Shown one piece after another: positions 17,831 through 28,816 of a stretch of DNA of 64,000 bases. Both the position numbers and the translations under genes were made by a program. This stretch comes from a virus. Its lineage: Duplodnaviria > Caudoviricetes. How positions within the stretch are numbered: the first letter of the stretch is position 1; every line of letters starts with the position of its first letter. The notes under the pieces are model-generated. The model had not been told where the DNA came from. It ran no database searches and saw only the letters and a program-made list of their open reading frames with translations. Location: IMG/VR virus record IMGVR_UViG_3300033388_005412, positions 139,295 through 203,294 of that record; one strand, 5' to 3'.

Positions 17831-17851
17831 GTACAGACTGAGGTATAATAT

Positions 17852-18019
17852 GTGGCCGTGGCGCACTGTGAGGCGTTATATCACTGTAAGTTCTGGGGAA
17901 GAACTCTGATCAAGCTCTCCGGACAACTGCAGTGACGAACAAATAAAGGACAAACGGCAATGTTCCTGTCCAACATGGGACTAAGTGAACCGTAGCAGGT
18001 AAGAATCCTGCCGGCTGCA
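17852..18019 (+). ncRNA. tRNA-like ncRNA A with a large insertion in place of the anticodon arm
   Basis: GTGGCCG/CGGCTGC acceptor-like stem, U, GGCGC/GCGTT D-like stem, TCACTGTA/TGCAGTGA helix, GCAGG-TAAGAAT-CCTGC T-like arm; TATAAT at 17844. Confidence 0.7.
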
Positions 18020-18203
18020 TATAAAAGGAGATAAATAGATGGAATATATGATTACAGCAAATATTGTGTTAGCTTTAGTTAATGTAACAACTTCTAAAGG
18101 CTGGCACACGAGATTGGGGTGGATTTGTGCCGCGCTTTATGGCGCGGGATGGTTATTAGCAAGAATACAGTTGGCAAAAATAATGGAACGATGAATAATA
18201 TAA

Positions 18204-18277
18204 GGGGCGGTGGCGGAATATGCTTTCCGTTAAATGCGGGCTCGTCATTAAGTTGGCAAATCAGAACGGCCGCCCCG
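18204..18277 (+). ncRNA. tRNA-sized non-canonical cloverleaf B
   Basis: GGGGCGG/CCGCCCC stem, U, GGCGGAA/TTCCGTT D-like stem; T-arm and anticodon degenerate. Confidence 0.5.
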
Positions 18278-18302
18278 CAATGGAATTAAGTAATGAATGT
18301 GA

Positions 18303-18464
18303 ATGATGAAAGCAATGTATATGCGGCTTATGGACGAACTCGGCAGAGAGCCGACGGAAGACGAAATGGGCAACGAAAACGCACGGCTAATTGATAAGGC
18401 AAAAGACAAAGCCGACGATGAGGCTTTGCAAGAAAAAGCGGAGGCAAGTAATGGGCTATTATGA
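18303..18464 (+). CDS. small acidic protein, paralog of 38445-38585
   Basis: MKAMYMRLMDELGREPT.DEM..ENARLIDKAK nearly identical at DNA level. Confidence 0.7.
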   Translation: MMKAMYMRLMDELGREPTEDEMGNENARLIDKAKDKADDEALQEKAEASNGLL

Positions 18465-18922
18465 TTATCAGGAAGATGTTGAAATGTCAAAATTTGATGC
18501 ATCACTTAACAGAATGTTTCCCGATGGTAAATTTAAGAAACACAAAAGAGCGAAACATTTTGAGTTAAGTAACGGCGATATAGCGTGTGGTGCTACAAGC
18601 ACAATTGGAAGAAGGTTAAACAGAACTGTTGTTGTAAAAAATGTGACTTGTGCGATATGTAAACATTTAATTAAAAAAGAAACGGAGGCAAGTAATGGAT
18701 AAGACAGCGAGGGATATTTTGAATGAGGCGTTTGCAGATTATAAAGAAGCTGAAGATATTGGGAAAATGGATAAAATTTTTGAGAATACCCTGAAAGAAT
18801 TGCGGCGGCTCTTGCCGAAAAAAAAGAAACCTGTTGTTTTTAATATAAATACGCCGATTAAAGATTACGAAAATAACGGCTGGAATCACTGCCTCAAAGC
18901 GGTGCGGGAGGTGCTGAAATGA
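18451..18922 (+). other. two hypothetical genes (18451-18702, 18695-18922)
   Basis: Both start at the junction CGGAGGCAAGTAATGG. Confidence 0.6.
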
Positions 18923-19335
18923 AAAAGATTAAATTCAGATTACGGAGAGATAAAAAAATTGTTGGTTATGAGAAATGGTATAGTGGCGAAATAGAAAAAG
19001 CTAATCCGTGGTGGTTATATTCCGACGACGGTAAAATTTGGAATCCCGGACATATACCTCACAATCAAAAAGACCAATACACCGGGCTGAAGGACAAGAA
19101 CGATAAGGAGATTTATGAGGGGGATATTGTAAAACAGAATGGAGGCAGATGGTGTAGAAAAGAATATAAGAATAGTATTTATGAAGTATTCTGGGATAAT
19201 GAACACGCACAAATATCTTTCAAACATATAGGCGGTGGTAAAAGCAGTAGTATATTCAGACCTCACACAAGTTGTAAAGATTGTGGACTAAAAATAGTCG
19301 GCAACATCTACGAGAACCCGGAATTTATAAAATGA
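18919..19335 (+). CDS. yopX: YopX-family protein
   Basis: IKFR, QYTGLKDKNDKEIYEGDIV, IVGNIYENPE. Confidence 0.88.
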   Translation: MKKIKFRLRRDKKIVGYEKWYSGEIEKANPWWLYSDDGKIWNPGHIPHNQKDQYTGLKDKNDKEIYEGDIVKQNGGRWCRKEYKNSIYEVFWDNEHAQISFKHIGGGKSSSIFRPHTSCKDCGLKIVGNIYENPEFIK

Positions 19336-19670
19336 CCGACCTCGCAAAGCTATTCCTGTTCGGGTTCGGCGTTATCTGCGGATTTTCCGGGGGCGTATGG
19401 TGGGCGAGGAATAACGTGAGTGACTGCGGCGAGATAAAACAGCCGGAGATAGACGAGGGGGAGGTAGGTATAGGAGGTAAACTATGATATGTGAACGATG
19501 TCAAATGGAATTAGCGTATGCTGAGGGGCGAAAAATCATCTATAATGATGATGAATTATGGGTATGCGCAAAATGTCTTGAAGAAATAAGGCGGAAAAAT
19601 ATAAAGGAAAGTGAGGAAGAAGATAAAAAACAAAAAATATATAGGAAGTAAATATAGAGGAGATAGGGAT

Positions 19671-19931
19671 ATGAGTAAACTTAAAGCGTGTCCGTTTTGT
19701 GGAAAGAAAAATGTACTGTTATATCATCAAGCTGCCGGCAAATGGTATGTTGAATGTAATTGTCAAATTGAGCAATCAACAGAAGAAAAGGCAATCAAAG
19801 CGTGGAACACCCGCTCCGTTGACGTGGCGGAGATTGAGGCGGTGATAAGAAATTATATGACAGAAAATCAATGCTGTATAGGTGACGAACATATAAAAAC
19901 GATAGCGGAGAAGTTGGGGGGTAGATTATGA
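19671..19931 (+). CDS. Lar-like (restriction alleviation family) zinc-binding protein
   Basis: LKACPFCG...WYVECNC...EEKAIKAWNTR. Confidence 0.7.
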   Translation: MSKLKACPFCGKKNVLLYHQAAGKWYVECNCQIEQSTEEKAIKAWNTRSVDVAEIEAVIRNYMTENQCCIGDEHIKTIAEKLGGRL

Positions 19932-21757
19932 AAAAGATTATTTTGATTGTGGCAGTTGTGGTGATGTGTGGGTGTTCACGCTCTTTGAGTATAAACCCAT
20001 TTGACGAAAGCCATAATCCCGGACCATATAGACATCTACTAATAGGAGAAGTAGGGATTGGTCAGCCGACAGAAGAATACAGATTAGATTGTCTTGAAAA
20101 GAAAGTGGACTGGATTATGGAACACGAAGGATATTGGCAAATCAAAGAAGGGACAGTAACGATTAACCATTCACGATATAAAGACTGGATTGTGCCATTT
20201 CTTAACACAGGATATAAATTCAAAACGTGGGCTGAAATCTACGAGGAGGAGCACAATGACAAATGACATAGCATACTTAGGGCAGTTGAAAAAGCAGGAG
20301 GCGGAGATTGATAGGTTGAAGGCGGAGAATGAGAGATTAACCGAAATAATAGAATCAACAGCGAGTGTATTAGACACTGAATGTCCTGATATTGGAGCAT
20401 ATCCAGATGGGCATTGTAGTCTTGTAGAAGGAACAGAACTGTTAACGGCAGAGGTTGCGAAGTTAAGAAAAATCAATAGCGACGTATCTGAAATGTTATC
20501 TGCCATTAGGGAATGTGATAATATAAATATCACAACCGAGACAAAGACGTGGATGGATGCTGTAGAGAAAGTAAACGAACTCCAATCACAGCTCAAAGCA
20601 ATCCGTGAGGTGGCGAGCGTGGATAAGTTAAATAACATTTGTGAAGATATATTTATAAATAACTACCCTATTAGTAGTTGTAGACCATTACCAGAATATA
20701 CAGAATATACCGAGGCAATATCCAAAGAGATACTAAAAGGGGGCGAGTGATATGAGTGATTATAAAAATGTAAAAACTATGAGTGACGCAAAGGCGGGCG
20801 ACTTTCGGCAAGTAAACTATTATTTTTTGCGAAAAGCCGAGGAAGAAATCGCCGACCTCAAAGCAAGTTTGAAAGAGGTTGCCGAGGATAGGGATTTGAC
20901 ATTAAAGGCAAAGTTTCGTGCAGAAGAACGGCTAACCGCCGAGCGTACGAAGTCTGCGAAGTTGGCGAAGCTATTAAAGATGATATTTGGAATAGTAGAA
21001 GATTTTAAACAAGAATTAAAATTATCACCACGGTGGTGCGAACAAGATAAAAGATGGTGTATAAAAGCAAAGAAAGCACTCGCAGAATATAAGGAGGAAA
21101 AATGACGTGGGTTTATATTCAGTCAGAACATACTTCGGCAGGTAGTTTATGGACAGTAGGGTTTTACAGTCCAGATGGAAAATGGCATCCTGAAAGTGAT
21201 CATGAATCTCAAGAAAATGCATCAGAGAGGGTTCATTATCTGAATGGAGGCAAGGGGGAAAAATGAAATTAGAAATTAATGAATATCTGGCAATGGTGTT
21301 AATAAATATAGGCTTAATGATGCTTATAGCGTTAACGATATATTTAACCAAAACAGGATGGCCCTTGTTGGGATTATTATTTATCTGCACATCAAGTAAA
21401 GGAGAAAAATAAATGACTAAAAAACAGGCAATAGAAGAGTCGATTAAGCATTATAAAAGAATGATTAAATGGGCTAAGAAACAACCGCAAAACGACATAG
21501 CACTTTTGATGGATATGGATACTAAACTTGGTGAAACTTACGGTGCGGATGATTGCCCAATGTGTGTAAAATACAGAATTTATCCTAGATGTAATGTGTG
21601 TCCACTTGGCGCAAAATATAATGATGGATTTTCCTGTACGCCAAGTTGGCGCGCTGTTTTTCACTCTAAAACATGGGGAGAGTGGGTGATACATGCTGAA
21701 GTTCTACTTAAAGATCTGAAGGGTTTGATAAAACCATCAAAAAAGAAGAATATATAA
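19928..21757 (+). other. hypothetical gene run (19928-20266 lipoprotein-like, 20256-20750, 20752-21105, 21413-21757 and smaller ORFs)
   Basis: SDs and overlaps; lipobox-like VMCGC in 19928; coiled coils in 20256 and 20752. Confidence 0.6.
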
Positions 21758-21777
21758 ATATGATTTTTTAAAAAAAA

Positions 21778-21809
21778 ATGTCGCAAAAACATAACAGATT
21801 TTGCGACAT
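21778..21809. promoter_or_regulatory. perfect 11-bp inverted repeat upstream of spoVG copy 2
   Basis: ATGTCGCAAAA-N10-TTTTGCGACAT. Confidence 0.6.
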
Positions 21810-21840
21810 GGTGTTGTGTTGAGAGAATAAGGAGGATAAC

Positions 21841-22140
21841 ATGACTGAAGACATGAAGATTAGTGTTGCGGGTATGAAGTTGGCGAAAAGTGAGAAGAAC
21901 GATGGAAGTCCGAATCCCGTAAAGGCTTACGCGGGGCTTCATTTGGGAACTGAAGAAACGCCTGAAATGTGGGGCATTCACGGTATTAAAGTTGTTGAAG
22001 GTAAGAATGGATTGTTTGTGGCAATGCCGGGATACAAAAATGGAGATAACTTTCAAGATCAAGTACATCCCCTGACTAAAGAAGGAAGGGATATTGTAAA
22101 TAATTTAGTGCTTGATGCTTTTAAAAAGATGAGGAAATAA
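21841..22140 (+). CDS. spoVG: SpoVG-family protein (copy 2, close paralog of copy 1)
   Basis: NPVKAYAGLHLGTEE..MWGIHGIKVVEGKNGLFVAMPGYK shared with 17543. Confidence 0.88.
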   Translation: MTEDMKISVAGMKLAKSEKNDGSPNPVKAYAGLHLGTEETPEMWGIHGIKVVEGKNGLFVAMPGYKNGDNFQDQVHPLTKEGRDIVNNLVLDAFKKMRK

Positions 22141-22145
22141 AAATT

Positions 22146-22313
22146 GTGGCGGTGGCAGAATAGAAATGCACAAGCAGCCTGTATGGCATTGGTATCGCGA
22201 TGAAAGAGAGAAATTTTATTTGCGATTGCGAGGTGACGAAACCGATACTAACCGCGGTGAAATATCGGGCAACTACCCGACGGGAAAGTCGTGACCAATT
22301 CCTCGTCCGTCTT
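22146..22313 (+). ncRNA. structured ncRNA C with tRNA-like 5' end
   Basis: GTGGCGG-TGGCAGAATAGAAATGC start; TTGGTATCG/CGATACTAA helix; TCGGG-CAACTA-CCCGA hairpin; CCGTCTT 3' end. Confidence 0.55.
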
Positions 22314-22329
22314 TAATTTTTGTAAAAAT

Positions 22330-22455
22330 ATAGCGGTTATATGTTAAGAAAAAACATAAGGCAGGAACAGGGGAATTATTAGCTGGTCGCGAACAGTATG
22401 ATAAGCCTATGTCCTTTAAAAACACACACCGCGGGTGAAAATCCCAATCCGCTAT
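22330..22455 (+). ncRNA. structured ncRNA D
   Basis: ATAGCGG/CCGCTAT closing stem, TATGTT/AACATA hairpin, GGG-TGAAAAT-CCC T-loop-like hairpin. Confidence 0.45.
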
Positions 22456-22541
22456 TATGTTAAGTTGGTGATACACAATAGAGGAATTGGATGCTTATGG
22501 AGTTGCACACAGCGCAATCACAGAATATAAGGAAAATAAAA

Positions 22542-25500
22542 ATGAACAATAAATTTGCCTGGTATGATGATCCTGTTTATATAAAGATGTGTAAAAAAGC
22601 GGAAGAAATTCAGACAATATGGGATATTGATAAAGCGTTTGGCGATTTTGTTTTCATATATGGAGATAATAATAATGAAACACACATATGTAATGGATAT
22701 AAAGAGTGGGATGATGAATGCAAACATAAGTCTGATGAATTAACATGGCTTCCCCGGCAGGACCAGCTACAGAAAATGTTTTTGAAAAAAGATAATTCTG
22801 GATATGAGATAAAATCATTAAAAAACTATGGTTGTTTTGTTTGGTTAAATAAAAAATGTATGGAAAGCTACGAAAGAAATTTGGTAAGATTCATAGAACC
22901 ATATCCTAACGGAGAAAAGCTTTGGCTGGTTTTTGTGATGGAAAAAAAATATAACAAAATCTGGTCTGGTGAAAAATGGGAGGAAAAATGACCGACAAAC
23001 AAACAATTAAGAAACTGAAAGCGGAAAATAAGAAATTAAAAGATCAGATTTTAGATTGGAAATATGAGCTTGGATATTTCTGTGTTGGTAAGGCAACCCC
23101 GAAATCCGTGCGTAAGTTCGTGATGAAAATTATTGATCAGCTTTATTGTGAAAAGAAAATTGATTTTAAAAAAAATTTAAAAAAAGAATTGGCTGATTTA
23201 CGAATAACACACAAATTAAGTAAATATTATGCTAATAGTAAACGGCTTGAAGCCAAAATGAGGTTCTGATGGAAAATATAAATAAAAATGTAAATGTTGA
23301 TTTTGATAAATCTAAGAAAGAAAGAATAAAAGAATTGGAATATATTAATGGTAGACTCATTGATACAGTTGTAGATTTATGCCAAATTGCCACTAAGTCA
23401 GGTTGGGCGGAAGCTATGACCGGTCGGCAAATTGTGTTGAAAAATGCGCTTGATTTGATTGAAAAAATTACATATAATAAGGACGATAAAGAATGATAAA
23501 GATGTGTTCCGTTGAAAGCGGTGTTTCCTCACCAGCACATCTTATCATTCCAAAATGGAGGTAAAAAATGAAAAAAATAAAAATCAAATTTACGAAAGAT
23601 GATCGTGGAAATTGGTGTGAGCCTTCCACAAAAAATGTTGTTGAAAAACTCAATGAAATTGTAGAATGGATTAATCAACAAGAAAAAACAAAAGCAGATG
23701 CACGAGAAATTATAAAAGGAAGAAAAAAATCAGGTAAATGGTCTAATACAGTTTGGCACAGGAGGGATAAAAAATGAGATGTAAACAATGCGGAAAGGAA
23801 TTTCAGGATGTTGAGATAAAATCAGACAAACCTACAGACAGAGGTGACGGCGTTATGTATAATTCTGTCAGTTATAATAGCAAGCCGGTCTGTCCTAATT
23901 GCGGGCATGATAATTCTCCAAGAGTATATTTATAATAAAGTCAAAGGGAGTAAAACATGAATGATAAATTAAAAATAGAAATTTTGAAAGAAAGGATACG
24001 TAATGTAAAAAAAATCAGAGACGCAATAATAGACAGCGAAATAGTACCATCAGTATGCGAAGACAGTGAACAGCCTGAATGGACAGTTGGAGAGGCGCAG
24101 GAACTAGCTGAAGCAATAGTAAAGAGATTGACATGATAGTCAACGAATATATTTATACTGATAGAAAAAAGATGGAGCTTGCGTATGTTCGCGCTGTGGT
24201 CGATAGTTACGGAAGAACTTCTCATTTCAAATATGATTCTAAAGAGTATATGGATTTGAAATCATATAAAGCAGCTTTGGAAAATGAGAAAAATAATGCT
24301 CATCTTTTATTAAATTATGCCGGAACAATGACGGCTAAAAAATATGCTGATAAACATAGGAGGAAATAGTGATATGTAAGTCATGTGATTATTGTGGTGA
24401 AGAAGACGGTACGGTAGTAATACCGGATCCGAATGAACCATTTGGTGGTAAAACATGGCGTGTTTGCGGAACATGTGAAAAGGTTATCGAATATCAAAGA
24501 GGTTTATCTCTTGCTCAGATAGAGAAAGATGAAAAAATGGAAAAATATTTTACTAAAAAACTCTTTATATTATCTAAAGAAACGGGTAAGCAGATTTTGT
24601 GCGCATGTATTGATAATACTGAATGTAATGAGATAGTATTTGGTGATGGCGAAAGAGGAATTTGTTAATCAGGAGGATAAATGACTTATATAGCATTTGT
24701 ATTGATGGTATTACTGGGCATTTATGCCAGTCTTAAGAATGCAAAAAATTCTAATGAGATATCGGAATTACTAGGAAGAATTAATTCATATAAAAAACAA
24801 CTTGAAATGCGGCAGGGTGTTTCATATCATATATGGGCACTTAATAAACTTCTTGATATGGACGAAAAGATAGCTGATATAATAACCAGCAGCAGTTTAT
24901 GGAATTGTGGAAAAGATTCACATAATGCGCTGTCTGAATTAACTATATCAATTTCTGATATGATAAAAAATGTTATAACCGAGGAGGAGTGAGAAAAATG
25001 AAAACAGATTTAAAAGCTGAACTAACAGAAGAAATTAAAAAGAGAAAGTATAAGTATAAAACACTTATATTAAAAAAGACAAAATTAGAAGGTTGGATGA
25101 TTAGTGAAATATGGTCTGGACAAGACACGAGACCTGATGTAAAAATAGACGATAAAGGAAATATACGTATAACATTAAAGAAACAATTGTGAAATAATAA
25201 CGCAAGGAGAAAAAAAATGGGAATGTATGACGATTTTATAGGAAGATGTCCGAAGTGCGGTAAAGAGGCCTATTCACAAACTAAGCTGTTCGAGTGTGCC
25301 ATGATTGATATAAAAGAGGGTGATTCTATTGGTGTCGCATATCATATAGATGATATGGATATGTGCTGTAAAAATCAGTGCGAATGCGGTGCTGATCTTG
25401 TTGCCAAAATTAGAGATGGTAAATTTATGGGTTTCACGAATAATAAACCTGACCATGTGGAAGGATTATGGGGCGGCTTAAGTCCAGCGGAGGCAACAGA

Positions 25501-26353
25501 AAATGAAGAAAAGTAAAAGCAATATCAGATCCAAGATAGACAAACTTCTTGATGAATTAGTATCTGTATCAATGAAGCAAGGTATGGATTTGGAAGGCGC
25601 AAAAACAAATTCACAGAAAATGTCGATAAGTTTTGAAGAATTAAAAGTTATTTGTTTTAATTTAGATAGTTTAAACGACACTTGTGGTATCAATAATAAT
25701 AGTAAATGTAATATTAAAAACTGCCCATATGGAAAAGGTTAAAGTGCAGCACATAAGAGGTAATGAAGAGGATTGTATTTGTCATAAACCGAATGAAAAA
25801 CACACAGAACGATGCGACGCATACAGATTATCGGAGTTCTTTAAGAAATGCGCGTCTGTTATGTTGAAACGTCCAAAGCATACAAAGGAGGATAGATGAT
25901 TTTTATTTATTTTATAATAGTAATGATTTGCATATTAATGTTACTATTTTGTATCAGTAAACATTTTGCGAATTTTACAATAATTAAAGATTATATGTAC
26001 TTTGTTGATGATTCATATGTTAATTTCGGATTGATGCCGTGGATTGTGAAATATGGCCCATATATATCCATATATTGGATCGGTTCGGAATTAACTATAA
26101 GATGGAGAAAAAAATGAAAGATCAATTCACATATGATTACTGGATGAATGAAGATATAAGTAAAGCGGATATAAAGAAATTTGTGAAGTCAAAACTCTTA
26201 TGGAATATGGGAAAAATACAGCAGTCTGAAGATGAAATAAACAGATTGATAGCTTTCCAATATGCGGTAAGGGATAAAGGCCTGACTAAACTATTTATAA
26301 AATGCCAAAATGAGATGATGAAAGAATTAAATAAAGAAGAAATGAAAGATTAG
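22542..26353 (+). other. run of about 14 small hypothetical genes
   Basis: e.g. 22542-22991, 22988-23269, 23269-23496, 23568-23777, 24133-24369, 24369-24668, 24681-24992, 24989-25192, 25217-25516, 25503-25742, 25896-26117, 26114-26353; SDs, overlaps, several CxxC pairs. Confidence 0.6.
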
Positions 26354-26365
26354 AAAGGAGGTTGA

Positions 26366-26725
26366 ATGAATATTGTAATGTATTTTGATGGTAATAAAAA
26401 CTCGTCCGGAACATCATGCAGTTACAGACTGCAGGCTGGGAAAATGGTGAGACGAGAAACCATAAAGCTGAGTGATATGACTGTACCGGCCGCCGAATAT
26501 AATGGTCTTATAAAAGGTTTAGAAGTACTTAAAAAAGAATTTTATCCTAAGATAGATCTTACCATATACGGTGACAATAAAGTTGTGATTAACCAAGTTG
26601 CTCAAAGATGGGAAACAAAAAAAACTTATTTAAGACAGTACAGAGATGAAGCTCTGAATATATTGGAGAATCTTCATAGTTATAGGATTTTCTGGAAACC
26701 GCGCGGTGAGAATAAAGCGGGATAA
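26366..26725 (+). CDS. RNase HI-like protein
   Basis: YFDG, AAEYNGLIKGL, IYGDNKVVINQV, WKPRGENK pattern of short RNase HI domains. Confidence 0.75.
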   Translation: MNIVMYFDGNKNSSGTSCSYRLQAGKMVRRETIKLSDMTVPAAEYNGLIKGLEVLKKEFYPKIDLTIYGDNKVVINQVAQRWETKKTYLRQYRDEALNILENLHSYRIFWKPRGENKAG

Positions 26726-26824
26726 TAGGAGGAAAAATGGGCATGGGTGTAACTGATTTGGAACTATTATGGAATAATATGATAGAAGAAGGTACCACCA
26801 TAGGAAATATAGGGAGATTGTTAA

Positions 26825-27424
26825 ATGAAAAAAGGAACATGGATTACAAAAGATGGCATTGTCAAGAAAATAAAGAATATGACATTAAAACATTTAGAAA
26901 ATGTTGAAAAAATGTTAAGCAAAAAAATTTCTTATATGGAAGACAATAAAATTCCGATGATTTCTGACTTTTCGCCGGGTTTATATTATCCTAATTTTAT
27001 GAATGTTTTTATTAAAAGAAATGAGATTATAGAGGAAATATGTAAACGTGAATTACATGATATTGGTGAATTAGAAATGATTGAGACATAGGAGGAGAAA
27101 AATGATTTTTATTCAAAAACTGATTTTTGAGTTGTTATTAAGTTATCCAACATGGTTGATGGTGATTGATATTATATTTACATCAGCTATTGTTATAGCT
27201 GCTGGTTACATTATATTTGCAATAGTGAGGTATAAAAAATGAAATTTAAAGTTCAATGGGAAGAACAGAGGTCTATCATAATCGAGGCCGATACCGCGGA
27301 TGCCGCTGAAGAAATGATGATGAATGGCGAATTTGATGGTAAAGACGTCGAATCCGGAGAGTTAACGTCGATGCCTGAAGCGTATGAATTGAAGGATGAA
27401 GAAAAATTTAGGAGGAAAGAATGA
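26825..27424 (+). other. small hypothetical genes (26825-27091, 27239-27424)
   Basis: Co-directional ORFs in the operon; 27239 overlaps the spoVG-3 start. Confidence 0.55.
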
Positions 27425-27987
27425 ACATTAAAGTAAGAAGAATGGTTCCGCACACAAGCGGAAAGATTAAAGCGTTTGCTGACATAACAATCGGCGATAC
27501 ACTTGTAAAGGGGTTTAGAGTTGTTGAGGGAACTGGTGGCAAAGATGATTTTATAGGCTTGCCGAGTATTAAAGGCAGTGACGGGAACTGGTATGCTAAT
27601 TTTAAGCCCGGCGAAACTCTTATGAAAAGCATAAATGATGTAATTTTCAAATCATATATAGATTTGGAACCACAGACCAACTTGCCGCTTAATGATAAAA
27701 AAGCGCCAAGTGATATAGCAATACTTTCACTTGATGCTGAAAAATCACTGTATAGTGACGCAACGACATTTTATGGAGAACCGGTTAAATATTTCGCTGA
27801 GGGAAATGTCAAGGCCTATGATTTTATGGGCTATCGTTTCATGAGACAAAATCCTGTTAAAAAGGACAAGGACGGTAATTTGTCAAAATGGGCGCAGATG
27901 GTTAAGGATGGCGATAAAGTAACCTGGGTTGTCCAGGGTGGAGTTTATATTGGGCGTGTCGTAAACTCGGTATATCAGCAGTGCTAG
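27421..27987 (+). CDS. spoVG: SpoVG domain fused to an unknown C-terminal domain (copy 3)
   Basis: GKIKAFADITIGDTLVKGFRVVEG..FIGLPS..DGNWY; about 100 extra residues. Confidence 0.75.
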   Translation: MNIKVRRMVPHTSGKIKAFADITIGDTLVKGFRVVEGTGGKDDFIGLPSIKGSDGNWYANFKPGETLMKSINDVIFKSYIDLEPQTNLPLNDKKAPSDIAILSLDAEKSLYSDATTFYGEPVKYFAEGNVKAYDFMGYRFMRQNPVKKDKDGNLSKWAQMVKDGDKVTWVVQGGVYIGRVVNSVYQQC

Positions 27988-28043
27988 TATAATGGAATCG
28001 GCTTGATTTCGGTTTCCGTATATCAAGTTACATCATTCTGTTA

Positions 28044-28123
28044 TGCGAACGGTGGTGGCGTGGTAGCCTGACATCGTTGAGCTTTCCAAGCTCGGATGTC
28101 GCAGACCAACTGCCCACCTCGCA
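28044..28123 (+). ncRNA. cloverleaf ncRNA E with elongated arm ending in a tRNA-Gly(UCC)-type anticodon stem-loop
   Basis: TGCGA..GGTGG/CCACCTCGCA, U, GGC-GTGGTA-GCC, U, GACATC/GATGTC + TGAGC-TTTCCAA-GCTCG, GCAG-ACCAA-CTGC. Confidence 0.75.
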
Positions 28124-28167
28124 CTGTGAAATAGAATTTGGAGGAAAAAAATTGAAAAGGAGGAAAA

Positions 28168-28816
28168 ATGACTTTACCTAAATTGATTGGAATGAATGCA
28201 ATCGAATTTCAGAAATGGAATGATGAAGGTGATGAGGGGATAAGATCATTAAGTATTCTGTATTATCTGTATATGCTGAATGTTCAATCAAAACAAATTC
28301 GCCATGACGTTAGAGAGAATAGTGAAAATGTCGAAAATATTTTAAAGATTTTGGACAAATTAGAAATTAAAGCTAAAAGAGAGCCCGTTATGCTGTCTAC
28401 TGATAAAATGGATGCGTTAAATAAATTGATAGCAGGAATGGAAAAGATACAATTGAAAATAGGAGGATGAATGTCATTGATAAAAATTAAAGAACCGGAT
28501 GAGCAATGTATGCATCCGGAACATAATCCGCCAATGCATATTTATTTAGAGCCTGGAACATATGAACATACTTGTCCAGCGTGTGGTAAAACTGTGGTTT
28601 TTGAAATTCCGCAAATTACAATTTAAAGGAGGAAAAATGGAGTATGATGAAGTGAAAATCAGAGTTCCTAAAGTAGGAAAGGGTATTAGTGATATGTCAA
28701 AACTGGTCGCCGTGTCTGTTGCGAATACAATAGGTGTCGGTCTGGCGGTTGTTGCTGACAAACTGATTAATTTTGGTAAAGAAACTGAAAAAGAAGGAGG
28801 TGAGAAAAATGATTAG
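28168..28816 (+). other. three small hypothetical genes (28168-28470, 28471-28626 with CPAC, 28637-28816)
   Basis: AGGAGG SDs. Confidence 0.6.

Noticed and set aside
17852-18019. tmRNA or bacterial Y RNA
   Set aside because: Too short for tmRNA, with no tag ORF and no GGGGC/CCA ends; the 5'/3' ends close the acceptor-like stem, unlike YrlA; no Ro60 gene in the window
22199-22250. Hammerhead ribozyme (CGATGA...GAAAC)
   Set aside because: The core reads CGATGA, not CTGATGA, and the strand before it pairs directly with the strand after GAAAC, leaving no third stem or cleavage triplet
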